64,000 bases of DNA from Zygnema circumcarinatum SAG 698-1b. Its lineage: Eukaryota; Plantae; Zygnematophyceae. This document shows positions 49,638 to 63,267 of this stretch, in pieces; the stretch's first letter is position 1, and each line of letters starts with the position of its first letter. The notes under the pieces were generated by a model. The model was not told the DNA's origin, did no database searches, and saw nothing but the letters and a program-made list of their open reading frames with translations. The translations under genes and the position numbers were made by a program. The DNA is taken from assembly GCA_037447605.1 (NCBI GenBank), contig CM074807.1, forward strand, positions 806,001 through 870,000. The letters are read 5' to 3'.

Positions 49638-50725
49638 TTGGAGAAAAGTGAGTAGAGAGGGTCCTAACTGATTCTGCTTCTGCTTTGCAGGAAAATCAGT
49701 GTGGCAATTTAATGCTGCGATTCCGTTGGGAGAGCAGAGTTTCCAATTTGTACAGTAACGAGTCCTGCAGAAAACGAGACAACCAAAAAAGCAAGGAGTG
49801 GCAAACAACAAGTGAACAGCAACCTAACAACTAAGCAATTAAGCTATCAAACAAGGCGACAATTAAGCAAGTATACGATCAAGCAAGCAACCAATCAAGA
49901 AATCAAACAATCGAAACAATCAAGCAAGCAATCAGGCAAGCAAAGAAACCAGGAAGCAAGCAACCAGGTAGCAGAGACCAACACAGGACTCAAACTGTCC
50001 AAACAATCAACCAAACGAGCAGCCTTCAGTCAAGGAAATATCAAACAAAAGCCGTCAACAACAGTTGTCAACAACAATCTGAATTCTATCAGCGACTGTC
50101 TCATCAATATGACCGTTATCAGCATCCAGGCACGCAGTATTCAGAAGCTCACGCTCCAAACATGCAAGAAGCAGGCCAGGCAGCACTCAGGCAAGCACTC
50201 AGGCAGGCAGGCAGGCAGCAGGCAGACCCCCGTCCTTCCCCCCCCCCTTCATATGGGCCCAAGGTTTGGGCCCAAGGGCGGCGCCAAATTTCAAGCAGGC
50301 AACGGCTCCATTTCGCGGCCAACCACGGCCTGCCACGCTGGACCATATTTAAATCGTCCGCGCTTCCAGGGTCAGCAAGAAAATAGGGTCTTGTCGGTCT
50401 TGGTGAGTTTTTAGGCGTCCCATCGCGGGTACAAACGGGGTAAACAGGGAATTTGGTGTATTCTGGCTGGAGTTTGTGGTACGGACAAGCAGAAAAAAAG
50501 TACACGTCGGATTGATATAACCAATGAAAACCGACCACGTGGAAAACGGAATTTTTTGGGCTCCTTTGACGTTGGAGACTGGATAACGTGGCAGGCGGGG
50601 ATTGGTCAAAAAACCTTGACAAGGTTCCCGGCTTTGAGGTTTGTACGGAACGAAAAGAACCGCCGAAAATGGCTCATGTCAGAAACTGCAGGTTTTTGGG
50701 TTTTTAGGTTTTTGGCTTTGAAGGG

Positions 50726-50838
50726 TTTTAAGGTTTTAAGGTTTTAAGGTTTTAAGGTTTTAAGGTTTTAAGGTTTTAAGGTTTTAAGGTTTTAAGGTTT
50801 TAAGGTTTTAAGGTTTTAAGGTTTTAAGGTTTTTAGGG
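50726..50838 (+). repeat. Perfect (TTTTAAGG)13 telomere-like array ending in TTTTTAGGG
   Basis: 13 exact 8-mer units at 50726-50829, then tttttaggg. Confidence 0.95.
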
Positions 50839-51696
50839 TTTTTCCGACCTAAGAAATTTTTTGGAGGCAATTGTTGCACAGGTCGGGCCATTGGATCAAC
50901 CATTGGAATGGTTGCCAACCATTGGTTCGCGACCCAGCCAACCATTGCCAATGGTTCGAACCATTGGGTCGGACCGAAGCGAACCCATTGCCAATGGGTT
51001 GCAACCATAGAAACCATTGCCAACATTTTTTTTTTTTTTTGAAATGTGACATTCCTTTTCTCCTATTTGTTGTTTGTTTGTCTCCGTGCCCATCTGCAGG
51101 CTCTTATTTTCTGCGTTCCAATTCCCTTTGGACTAATTTTTAAGCTCCTGGTTTGTCAATTTGTCTCTGTTTTGTCCTTCAGCAGGGTCTGCTGTGTCGT
51201 GATGAAGTGTCCTTTTTTTGGCACTTTTGGACTTTGATGTCTGGGGCCATCCGGACTGCTTTCAAGTCTGAGCTTCACCAACGATTGGAATGGCCCAAGC
51301 ACTGATTGCCAACGGTTGGCATTGGTCATCGTAGCCACCTTCCTCACAACAGTGTACAGTTACAAGACCCAAAAGACTCATAAAAAGCACAAGCTCCCCA
51401 TATGCACTCGAACTGAAACTGAATAACTCTCAACGACTCACTCACTCACTCACTCACTCACTTTCTGCAACTACATTTCCTCGAGCCATTTAGCAACCTG
51501 CCAGCCTACAGCGGTCCTTGGTGTTTGCACTTCCTTCCCAGAACAACTATTTATAATCAACAAACGTTCCAGCAAGGAGGCATCCAATCTTCAAGGAGAG
51601 CGTGCTAAAGGTTTGCCCTAGCCCCTGAAACCCTAAAAACCACTAGTTCCCACGAGTATGTATGTACGCCCTGCCAGTTCTATGTCCCCGGCGAAG

Positions 51697-53049
51697 TCAT
51701 GGCGAAGCGATGTGCCCACTGTTCATTCGCGCCCGCGCCTCTGCAAACATTCTTTGCTGCGCTGCAATTGCTTCCTCTTCACTCATCCCTCCCCTCTTGC
51801 TCCACTTTCCACTCGCCCGCGGAGACTCCTATATTCACAGAAACCAGAGGATGAAAGCAACTGAGTGAAGGCAGATCTCATCCAATAATGGATGTAGTTC
51901 AACTGGGAGACTTTAAACGAAAAGGAAGCACTATCTCACTAAGGCGAGGAGAACGCATAGATTCGAGCTGTTGAAAAGTTCTACTTGAACGAGAGTAGAA
52001 GCTAAAAGTACAACTGAGGTCCTACAGACAGCTACCCGCTTTCAGGCCAAGGGAAACTCCATCCGCAGAAGTGGATAGTCAGACAAACAGACACAACATT
52101 CCTTATATAATAAGAGGAAATCAAAGGACTCACAAGATAAGGGGCTTTCATATCTACTGTGCACTAAGGGTATATACATTTCTAGGCAAACTACAACCAC
52201 CATGCTTTCGAAACCGTTTATAATAAACAAGGCGAATTATATCGTCTGCTCACCATGGTTTCAGTTTTGTGATGTTCATATGCAGCCTGCACTTCGGAAA
52301 TATAGGAAGCAAACCCTAAGGCCTGCAAGTAGACAAGGCAACAGAACTATCCTTCAGCAAGGTGCTACCCTTTGGGATAAGTCTGCGAAAAAACAACAAT
52401 GATGACTGATAATACCACAGTATTGAGCGAGTGTGAATGGAATTTCTTGACAAAAACAAACAAGAGAGAAGGTGACAGAACGAGAAGAGCGAGCTTAATC
52501 AGAGAGAGAGAGAGAACCTCAAGAGACTGCAAGATATGCTCCGGGGCAATCGTCTTCTTCTCCTCCTGACTACAAATTTCATTCGCCTCCGATGAAATCA
52601 AGTTGATAAATTCTGCGCATTTCCACTCACACACATCGGTAAGGGTATAACAAACAGACCCAGAGCGTGCCCTTCTAAAACACCAATGCTTTATACGGCC
52701 AATCTGCGTCAAGAATGAGCAAATAGCAGCAAAATATATACTGCAAAAGGAACAAATGGAAGGGCGTCAAACCTAAGCAGCAGTCCATGAGTAGGTCCTG
52801 AACGTCTCTTGAAACCCTAACATCTCGAGGGAGCATTTCCTTAATGATTTTCGTCATTGTGGCTGCAAAACCGATCAGGAAGAGCAACAATCAGCCATAC
52901 AAAATCAACGAATCACTTTAGATAAAATCAGCAAGAACAACGCATGAATAATAAACCCAGTCTGTGATTCCTGCAAACACGGCAAGAGAAGATTATTTCA
53001 CATACATACCTTTTGGGAGCGAAACATCTTCTTTCCGTGAGGCATCCAT
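51697..53049 (-). CDS. DR1: NC2 beta / Dr1 TBP-associated repressor subunit (5 exons)
   Basis: Exons 53049-53010, 52862-52773, 52612-52518, 52322-52254 and ~51829-51697 encode EDVSLPKATMTKIIKEMLP..EFINLISSEANEIC..KTIAPEH..LGFASYISEV..EEEAIAAQQRMFAEARARMN. Confidence 0.93.
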
Positions 53050-53229
53050 CTGCAGCCCCCGGAATGAACAGGTCTAGCAACCTTTCCTGCAAGAAAGATG
53101 CATTTCTGAAGTCCTAATGGGAGTGCAAAAAATCTCAAAAGGCAACAGACTCCAACCCTTCGTAAATTTAATAGATAAGGCACTGCCCCTAAAGAAGTGA
53201 AGCCCCTAACTTTAACTGTGCAGTCGCAA

Positions 53230-53330
53230 CATCCTAAACCTAATCGCAACCCAAATCGCAACCCAAATCGCAACCCTAATCCCAACCCTAACCCTAATTC
53301 TAGCCCTAACCCTAATTCCAGCCCTAACTG
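53230..53330 (+). repeat. Degenerate CCCTAA/telobox-like 12-bp repeats in the DR1-ankyrin divergent promoter region
   Basis: cgcaacccaaat x2, cgcaaccctaat, cccaaccctaaccctaat, agccctaaccctaat. Confidence 0.75.
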
Positions 53331-53578
53331 CAAACCGCCCTCCGCCTTCACCGAGGAACAGCGCAGGACGGTCGGACGGCCGTACCGTGTCACACGTGCG
53401 ATACCGTACGACCACAGTGGGAACCGGACCGTCGGTCACCGACGGTTGTGTCGGGAAGGCCCACCGTTTGTCGGTTTGCGGTTTCGCAGTTTAGGGTTTG
53501 GGCTCCGATTTGGCTGGTTGACGGCCTGAGTCAAACCTTAAGCCAATGGGAGCTTGATACGGCACGTGCCAGCCCTCG

Positions 53579-53697
<119 letters not shown>

Positions 53698-53974
53698 GCA
53701 TGGGGGGTGAACGAGTGTCTGTGCCTGAAGCTAAGAGAGAGAGCCCCCAAAGGTCTCTCCATTCAACATTGGAGGCTCTCCATTCAGGCTGCTGAGCGGA
53801 AGCTGAGTCGGAGGGCGAAGTGTTCTGGATGACTACAAGGAGGAGGGAAAAAAAGGAAAACAAGCACGAAAGAGTAAGTCGATTAAAGCCCTAAAAGCTC
53901 TAAACACTTTCTTTTCGCACTTTCTCCTTTTCCCTCTTCTCCTCCCTTTCCGCAAGCAAGCAAGAACGCTGGCC

Positions 53975-54541
53975 ATGGCTGCACAGCATGGAGGAGATTG
54001 TCAGAGGGAGGACTCTGGCAGTTCAGCATCATGCAGCTGCTCTGGCCATGGCCTGCCTCCTCCCCTGCAACAGTCTATGGAAGAAATGGACTTCGACCGG
54101 AGCCTTGCAGGAAGCGCTCAAAAAGGAGATCTCATCCAAATGCGTAAGCTTCTTGATCGAGGGCAATGTGTAGATGGATCGGCAGGCACCAGCAATATCT
54201 CTGGTCGAGGTCATACTCCTCTGCATTATGCCGCTAGAAGCGGTAAATTGGAGGCATGCAAACTGCTTCTGGAGAGTGGAGCTCGAGTGGACGTTAGAAC
54301 TTCAGCAGGAGGAGCGACTCCTCTGCACAGTGCTGCTTGCGGCGGCCATGCGGAGGTCATCCTCCTCTTGCTGGAGAGAGGCGCAGATCCTCTCCTGCAG
54401 GATGCGGACGGGGAGACCGCCCTGCATAAAGCGTATGCTCTCGGGAGGGGGCGGGTGGCGGCTCTACTGGAGGAAGCATGCCCCTCTGCAGCTGCAGCTC
54501 TCGATGCACGTGGACGCACTCCGAGGACTTGTGCTCGATAG
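53975..54541 (+). CDS. Ankyrin repeat protein, ANKRD39-like (188 aa, intronless)
   Basis: QQSMEEMDFDR leader typical of ANKRD39; ANK repeats GHTPLHYAA, GGATPLHSAA and GETALHKA. Confidence 0.88.
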   Translation: MAAQHGGDCQREDSGSSASCSCSGHGLPPPLQQSMEEMDFDRSLAGSAQKGDLIQMRKLLDRGQCVDGSAGTSNISGRGHTPLHYAARSGKLEACKLLLESGARVDVRTSAGGATPLHSAACGGHAEVILLLLERGADPLLQDADGETALHKAYALGRGRVAALLEEACPSAAAALDARGRTPRTCAR

Positions 54542-55240
54542 ATGGTGAGAGCACAGGCATCACATTCGCAGTAAGGTTTTTAGGATGTTGATGGGATGTT
54601 GAAATTCGAAGGGTTTTTTGCAAATTGAGGAGTCGGAAAATCAGGGTAAGGTAGCTATGGCGAGTCGCGTGAAGATCGAAGGAGCTTTTCTGCTGGTCTC
54701 TGGCAATTGACGCAGTGAGATACTTTCCCCGTTACTGAAGGTGAATATGCAGGTGGAGTTTTACTTTATTTTTGAACAGATTTCCAAATGAAGTAAGATC
54801 AAGCAGAGTCTGTTTGCGTGGAGGCAATTGTAACAGTGACTATGTTACAGATGCAGCCAAACTAAGCTTCCCAGAGACTCCCATACATGAAAGATTTTTT
54901 TGTGATAAAAAATAGACAAATTTGAAAGGCAAAAACGCCTTGTAAAGAGCCATACAACATTTAAATTAGCCCGAAAAAATCTTCTGGCTTTTGCCAGGAA
55001 GCCAGAAGATCCCGCTTGAGCTACCAGAACCCCAACCCTAAAAAACCTGTCAAAGAAACTTGTGAGCTATACACTCTCATATACACACTGCTGTCCTTGC
55101 AACTCACGATCAAAACAGTTTTTTAGGGTTTGTCACAGAGAAACCAAAACGACTCTACCCAGCATAGAATCACTCCCTGCGTTTTATTCCCGTTCAGCCA
55201 TGCTGTTACCTGAAAACTTAACCTGCCTCCTTAGAAACAT

Positions 55241-58200
55241 TTACGAAGCATAACGTGGCTTCCGCGGCCTTGCAGCGCTGCCATCCTTCTTCTTGATCCG
55301 CACCTTCGTAGCCTTCTTGTTCTGCACCATCCAGTTGTTCCATGTCAGTTACCACCCACAGAGCTGCTTCCAGATTCTTCCATTCCGTCCAACTGCAGCC
55401 ATAGAACCGTCATATTGTTTATATTACCTGATGGGAGACGTGCTCCATGCACGCCTGATGCAGGCCCGCCACCTCTGCCCGCCCAAGCCGCCCAAGGGCC
55501 TCTGCTTCCCTGGTGGCTCGCCACTCCCTCTGGTCGCTGCCCAGAAGCTCATAGCGACCATCCGGCCGCATCTCCCATGCAGTTCGGCGATCACAAAGAC
55601 ACGCATCCAATATGTCCTGAAGGGGATATCGCACATCACATCAATGAGAAGAGAGGGAGGGTGAGAGGTTGCTTTGGGAAAGGAGGGTGAAAGGTTGCTT
55701 TGGGAAGGGAGGGTGAAAGGTTGCTTTGGGAAGGGAGGGTGAAAGGTTGCTTTGGGAAGGGAGGGTGAAAGGTTTGCTTTGGGGAAGGGAAGGAGAGGGA
55801 TTGGGGGAGGGAGGGAATGGAATAGGTTTGGCGGGAGAGGGGGAGATCAATCGTTTGGGGAGAGGGAGGGCTTCCAATCAAAGAAGCATTGAGTAACAAC
55901 ACCTGAAGTCCCAAAAGCACAGCAAAAACACAAATAGATTTATGAATGCAAAGATATCAGAAGTGACACGCCTGCCGAGCCCACCTGAAGCTCTCTTCGG
56001 ATAGTTTCGTCCTCCACAGGCGTCACCACCTCTACCCTTCTCGTCAAGTTCCGCGACATCCAATCAGCCGAGCCGATGAACAGTTCCGGCTGGCCACCTG
56101 TCCGGACCACAGTGGACAACAAGTTAGGGCTAAGGGACATATTGCAGGCACTGAACTAAATAGGCCCTCCGTTCCCTCCCCTCCCCACCCTTCCTTTTCC
56201 CTCTATCTCACCCTCTCACTCCCTTTCCCCTCCCCCTCCTTAACTCTATCTCCCCCTTTTCCTCCCCCACACCCCCCACTCCCTTTCCCCCCTCACCTTC
56301 CCTCTACCTCCCGCTTTCCCTCCCTCCCCCCCGCTTCCCTCTTTCTCCGCCCCTCCCCCTTGCCTCTCTCCCTCCCACCCCTTCCCTCTTAACCCCAGCC
56401 CCTCTCCCCCCACCCCACCCCCTTCCCCCCTCCCCCCCCTCCCCCCTCTCCCTTCCCCTGACCTTCCCTCTATCTCCCCCATTCCCTCCATCCCCCCCGC
56501 TTCCCTCTATCTCTGCCCCTCCCCTTGCCACTTTCCCTCCCAACCCCTTCTCTCTTAACCCCAGCCCCTCTCCCCCCCACCCCACCCCCTTCCCCCCCCT
56601 CTCCCCCCCCTTCCTCCCCCCTCCCCCCCCTCCCCTCCACATACCATTCTCAAAACGGAAGATGCGATGGTGCTCAAGGAAGCGTCCGATGATGGAAACG
56701 ACTCGAATGTTTTCGCTGAAGCGAGGAATGCCCACCCTCAGACGGCACATTCCGCGCACAATGCAGGCCACCTTCACTCCCGCCATGGAGGCTTCGTAGA
56801 GCTTCTGCACCATCACCTGGTCATCGAGCCCATTGCATTTCACTATAATGCTGGCCGGCAGGCCCGCTTGCGAGTTGGAGATTTCCCTGCAGACGCAATC
56901 GTTTATTCAGTTAGAAATTCAGTTGTTTTTTCAGTCAGTGTTAATCATGCAATCAATCGTTGGAGTATTTCGGTGTTTAAGTGTTGATTTAGCAATCTAT
57001 CAAAACCCTGATTTCGAAATAGGGTTAAAAGTGAACCCTACCTGTCAACCAGAGCCACAAACTCGCGCCTCATTGTGCCCGGTGCTACAAGAAGCTTCTT
57101 GTACGCCGACTGTAGGTGGCAAAACCCACAAAACCCCGAAGTTTAGTGTTACTATATACCGGTCTCCTGCTAGCAGAAGAAAGCTGGAGTTCAAAGTGGT
57201 CATGTGCTTAATGAATTACATTGTTGGAGATGACTATGAGGGAACATGAGTCAATGCAAGTTTCGTTAAGTCTCGTTTCGTTTAACTTCGTTATTTCTCA
57301 TTTCAGAAGCTGTTTGCTGAAACAGACAGACTGGCTCGGGTAAACAATAAACGACGCACCTGACGGTGAAATCCGGTCAGATATTTGAAAAGATCTGCAA
57401 CGTCCTGTCCAAGCTCCGGTTTACAACTGTCGCAATTGGGCCCAGAATAGAAACAAAAATATCAGAAGGGGCAGGGCACTACATAAAAATTAAACAAACT
57501 AACTCAGTAATATAATGGACAATAGCACCCTGAAATGAGCCACATCACAGCCCCCGCAAAGGAGGAGCATTGAGTCACCTGAGCAGTCCAAAATCAGTAT
57601 ATACAGATGCTGTTCGCGGGTTATAATTTCCCGTTCCAATGTGCACATAGATTCGAATTTGGTCCTCCTCCTGCATAGCAGCAGTTCCCTTTTGACTCAG
57701 TTGATGACTCCGTGCAGACGGGCGTTAAACGGAACACTGAAATTTGAGACACATGCATAATATTGTGACGGGTTTTCAGGAATCTTCATATCTCCGCACT
57801 ACAGAGACAGGCTTTGCTCAATAAGTAGCATCAGAAATTCAAGTCTGAATGCAGCAAAATCTAGAATCTCTAAAAACGTTAAAAACCCCAAAAGTTGTGT
57901 GGTTCCAAGAGAGCTCAAAAGCATCTGTGAGACCGAAAAATCCCCAAAAACTTTGAGCAGTTGTGACGAGTGGTTTGATGGGGTGCTCTACCTCTCTCAC
58001 AACCATGATGCACTTGCAATGAGTTTTTAGACCCACGAGGCCGTACGCCACATTGCAACCTGCATCCTGCAAATGGGAGTGCCCAGAGAATAGAGAGGGT
58101 CAAAAGATTAAGATTGAACAAAACTGCAATTCCTTGGCAGAAAACTGCATCGCACAAACTGAGAACTGCACGCTTTCATATGAAAGGAAGCAAGTCTTTT

Positions 58201-61200
58201 ATGTCGCTTTACTATTGAAAAAGGGCATACCCCCGCCCCCCCCCCCCTCCCTTCACTCCTTCCCCCTTTGTTATTTCGTTTTTCCTCATCGGAGTGAAAG
58301 GTGAGAGGCTCAAATACCTCTAACTTTTGTGCAAACCCAACATTTCGCGCTTCATCGAAGCGTGCCTTCAGCTCCACAAGCACAGCCACCTGTTGAAGCA
58401 TCACATAACCCCAATTTTTTTTTGTTATATTTGCTAAAAAAAGAAAAACAAGCAGCATAAAATACATTCGCACCCTCACGCTGAACATGGCGTGATGATA
58501 TTCAAAGAAATATAGCAATACCCTTTCCCAGAAACTGACCTGCTTTCCAAGCTCTGCTGCCCTCACCAAAGCTGATATCACCGGACTGTCCGAACTTGTG
58601 CGGTAAAGTGTCGCTTTGATCGCCAAGACCTGCATCGTTCAACAGGTTTGAATAAAAAAACTTCGTTTCGGAGGTTTGCGAACTCTCCGCCGCCGCGGTT
58701 TCCAACCTTTTCGTTCAACTAAGTGAACGAAGTTGAACCATGAAAACGCACCCCAACTCGAAGAAAAGGAAGAGGATGAATCCCACCTTGGGATCTTGAG
58801 CAGCTGCTTCCACAAAAGCTTGTGTAGATGCTCTGAAGCTATGGTAGGGGTGATGCAACAGAAGGTCTCCGGAACGAATAACTTCAAAAATGTCACTCTG
58901 CACGGCGAATTCCACACGTTAGTCGTATCTACACGCTTGTTCCTTCATGATTTCTACTTGTTTCTGAAGCACATGGAGGGCCTCTCCTCTACTTGGCAAG
59001 CTCACCCCATAGTTCTAACCTCACACAGGATCGGATTTCTATGTTCCTAATAATGGTTGTCGGTCACGGGCAAAAGTAGGCCAGTTTTATGTTTTCTGTA
59101 CTCTATGCGCAAATCGGCAGCTGCCGCGTTTCCTCACGAAAGCTTTACCCTTCCCCCCTCCCCCCCCTCCCTCGCTCTCCCATTCCCTCCCTCTCTCCCA
59201 CTTCACTTTCCCGCTGCCCCCCACACTCCCCCCTCCTCCCACTCCCACACCCCTTCCACTCTCCCTCATCCCCTAATCTACCTACTTTCCATGCATGGTG
59301 ATATAGAAGCCATGTTCGGCACGAGTTCCCGTGCGTACTCGTAGCTGTCTTTTATGAGTAGTTATCTCCAGCGAATGCTTGCTTAACATCTCCTATTCCT
59401 AATCCTCAAAACCCATGTTGCTTTGGAATGCCAATGCAAGTTTGGTCTGTACTCACCCCCTGCAGTCGCGGGTGTGTGAGCGGCACCCATGGCTCGTACT
59501 GAAGGGGAGTGTCCACGGGCAGCTGCACGGGCAGCGCATCGAGTTCGCCCAAGGCCAAAGGGCCGCACACGCGGTACACGTCGTCAGGGTTCAGACTCAG
59601 CTCCGTCACGAGCTTGTGCACCATGTCTTCCGGCATGTCGCAGTCCACTTCCAGCCGGACAAAGGGAGCGAACTTGCGTTCTCGCATCTGGAAAGGTGCG
59701 TAGAGAGAGAAGTTTAGGGCAAGAGGGACTCTCCCAACCCACTCCCGCTCCCGCGACCGAGAGTCTCTCCCTCTCCCTTGATCTCGACCTCTCCTTCTCC
59801 CTTGAGAGGGACCCCTCCCTCTCCCTCTCTCCCTCTCCCTCTCCTTCTCCCTCTCCCTCCCTCTCCCTCCCTCCCTCTCCCTCCCTCCCTCCCTCTCCCT
59901 CTCTCTCCCTCTCCCTCCCTCTCTCCCTCTCCCTCTCTCCCTCTCCCTCCCTCTCCTCTCCTCTCCCTCTCCCTCCTCCCTCTCCCTCTCTCCCTCTCCC
60001 TCCCTCTCTCCCTCTCCCTCTCCCTCCCTCTCCTCTCCTCTCCCTCTCCTCTCCTCTCCCTCTCCTTCTCCCTCTCCCTCCCTCTCCTCTCCTCTCCCTC
60101 TCCCTCTCCCTCTCCCTCCCTCTCCCTCTCCCTTGATCTCGACCTTTCCCTCCCACAATGCAATGGGAAAGGCATCAGAATCAGCTGCACCTCATCATTG
60201 ATCATCTCCAGGAGGTCCTCGGCTTCCTCTTCATTCCGAGCTATGTCGGCATTCCGGGTGACGCGGAAGAAGTTTGCGGTGATAATCTGTTTCAACAATA
60301 TAAGCAGGGGGAGGCCAGAAAAGACCGTATGGATTAAGCTTTGTCTTGCTTAAAAGCATAGTGAAAACACAGAGAATTTACGTCATCGGCACTTGTGGTA
60401 ACCTAGAACCGCTTCTAAGAATCATGAGTGCATCCCGAAAGGGAGGTGGTTAACCTTCGGCAAAAGTGGGCAGACTACTCGACGAATTCAATGCAAGAAG
60501 AACTACTTTGCAAGAGTTCGAGTTTCATAATCACTGCTTTCTTCAGAGTGTAGGAAAGGGCTTCCTGATCTTCACCTCCATTCCCCCAAATAGCTCCTCA
60601 AGGTTGGCTCGTATGACCTGCTCCACTGGGATGAATGTGTTCCTCAAGTGTCTGCCAGAGGGGGAGATGGAGAGGACATATCAGAAACAAAGGGCTACTG
60701 AATCTTCAGAATAAACTGCCGCAGGTGTATCCTCGCCTGAAGAAAATCTGTTTATCTGAGTGTTGCAAATAACGCTCAAGACATGATGCAAGCGACCTGA
60801 GATCCGATTGATTTTCCCAAGCAGAATTCGTAAATTGCAGGCCAATCTGAAGGAAGAAAGGCCAGTCTGAAGCACAATTGAGTTGCTACCAAGATAGGGA
60901 GTTAAGAACGGACTCATCATCTTCATCGAAGGCGAGGTTTTTCCACCGAGGACAGCTGGCAGGGACCTTCACGATGGCAAAATCATGGCCGTCATCTAAG
61001 GGATCGCGGAGTTCCTGTTCATATAGAGGAGTAAAAAGTCAGAAAATTCCGCTAAGAGTACAGCTGCCACGCATGGTCGGGATTGAAGGGTTGTTTGTGC
61101 TCTTTTCCCCCCTCCCCCCCACTCTCTCTTAATCTCTCTCTCTCTCTAAAGAGGGGAAAGTAGAAAACGCATACGCACAACTGCGATGCACAGCGTCATG

Positions 61201-63267
61201 TTGCTGATGAACGGAAAGGGATGGCCGGGATCGACCGCAAGCGGAGTCAAAATCGGCTCCAATGAACTTCTGAAATATTTTTGCAACTGCCATAAGAGTT
61301 TCCAAAGGTCAGACAATCACTAAGGCAGTCTTCTTTCCCAGACGATGTGGGCCCAACCAGCTGAGATATGGGCCATGGAATAGAAAATGAGGCAATTCCC
61401 TAATGGTGAAGCTCTTGGCAGACACGAGGAGAACAGCTCGGTTGTGAACTAAAGCTCACATCGACTTTGCGATCTTCGGAAAGCTCCTCCCACTCGAGTA
61501 AGTGCACTCCCTCCCTTCTTAGGGCAGGCAAGAGGTGGTTCTGAAGGAGGTTCAGTTGCGACTTCACCATCTTGTCAACCTCTCTGCAACTCTTCCCCAC
61601 GGGGATGTTAGAGACCGACAAAGAGAAGGCTATAACTGTAGAGCAAAACAGAGCAAAGCCCTTCCTCTCTCGGCTGCAGACAGAAGGAAGAAAATGTTCC
61701 GACTTACTTGGCTACCATTCTGAGCTGCTGCCGGGGTGTCCACGACCGGCTGTGCCTTTCCGAGATTAAATTCTCCACCCCTGCAGCTTCCTGCCTTTTC
61801 AAAGCACCAACTCTCTTGCAGAAAAATTCATCCAAATTACGCGATGTAATGGCCACGAAACGCAGGCGCTGCAACAGCCAATCGAAAACATCCTTTTTGT
61901 CACTACAGGCAAAGCGGAAGCGGAAAACAGTAGGAGATAGAGGATGCTTCCGTTGCCACTTATTGTCAAAAATACATGAAGGGACAGGTTTATCCTCTCG
62001 AAACATATCCAGTTTGATACTGCATGTCAGGATACAATCTCTGGCATATAAGGGACAAGTTAATTACGCAAATAGAAATATCCAGTAAGTGAAAAAAACA
62101 TGATACTTTAAATGGAAAGCTTTACCTCAAAGAGGGGCGTTCGCTCATCAATGGCGGTGTACAGAACCCTCCAATTGAAAGCAAGCCAACTGGAGACAAA
62201 ACATACAAGGTTAGGATTTCATCATCTACCGTTGAAAGAACCCCAACTACCACAACAAAATCTAAGCAAAACTTTTTAAAGCGAGAAAAGAAGGCGGGTG
62301 AAGTTTTCCAGGGTAAAGACGAAACCAGAAGTTTGAGAGAGAAGTTTGTGCAACGAAATTTCTTGCCAACGTCTGCAGCTTGGTGAATTTGTTGACAATT
62401 TCAACAAATAACCCACCAAATGCAGCTTTTCTTATCTTTTCAATTTCATAATGTTTATGAAAGAACCAATCGGAGAGAAAAAAATGCAGCATTGAGATTC
62501 CGATTGCACAGTGACAATGCTCAGTCTGGACCCCCCTCATGCACTGCTGCTACAGCCCTCCCTCCTCCCCCCCCACCTCACCTCAACTCCTTGTTGTAGA
62601 CCTCATCCGACAGCAGCAGCGACTCCAAAGTGACACCTGTCAGGTCCTGCGCGAGAGCCTCCTGCACTCCCACAGGAGGCATCACCGCCCTCCCGGGCCT
62701 CTGCACAATGGCAGAAATGGCACAAGCAGCCGCAGACCCCTCTCCCCACCCCGCATGCCCATTGGCTTTCTCACTGCTCTTCTTCTTCCTGTTCTCCTTC
62801 TCCTTCTTCCAATGCGCCTTCACTACAGACCCAACTTCATCGTCGTCAGAGCTCCACAGCGCCCCCCTTCCCTGCGAGCCGTGGCTCTCCGTGTCCTGCT
62901 GCGGACGAGACGTTCCATTAGGGCGGTCAAAACTGAGCGGAAACTCCGCCTCTTGGCCTTTAAACTGCATGGGGATGCTGATGGTCCGGTGATTGGGCTC
63001 CGCATTTTGGGAGTCTGCATCGGCCCTCACTTGGACTGCGCATAAGTTATGGTGAAATCTGGTCGGAAATGGAGAAGGGTTCTGAAGAGAACCCCTCTGG
63101 GTTTCAATGGAAGAAGGAAAATAAGTTGAAGTCAAAGTTAAGCTCCGGTTTGCGTTCCGAAGGAGGACGGGCTTTGAAGTTGAGAAACTGCAGGAGGAGG
63201 AGGCTGTGAGCCTATCAGAGGCGAGCGCATTATTGGCAGGAAAGGCCGCTGCTTCCAGGAAGCTCAT
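55241..63267 (-). CDS. PPK1: Bacterial-type polyphosphate kinase 1 with a long N-terminal transit-peptide-like extension (about 20 exons)
   Basis: In order along the minus strand: [161 protein letters not shown]; stop at 55241-55243. Confidence 0.93.
55655..55780. repeat. 26-bp intronic minisatellite GGGAAGGGAGGGTGAAAGGTTGCTTT, ~4-5 copies
   Basis: Directly visible in a PPK1 intron. Confidence 0.9.

Noticed and set aside
49812-50414. 200-aa Q/K/S-rich ORF
   Set aside because: Translation of (caag)/(gcag)-type low-complexity sequence upstream of CDC20.
59406-60353. Long E/R/G- or S/P/L-rich ORFs (also 36161-36785, 41354-41827, 56246-56843)
   Set aside because: They come from GA/CT intronic or intergenic microsatellites; only the embedded PPK1 exons are coding.
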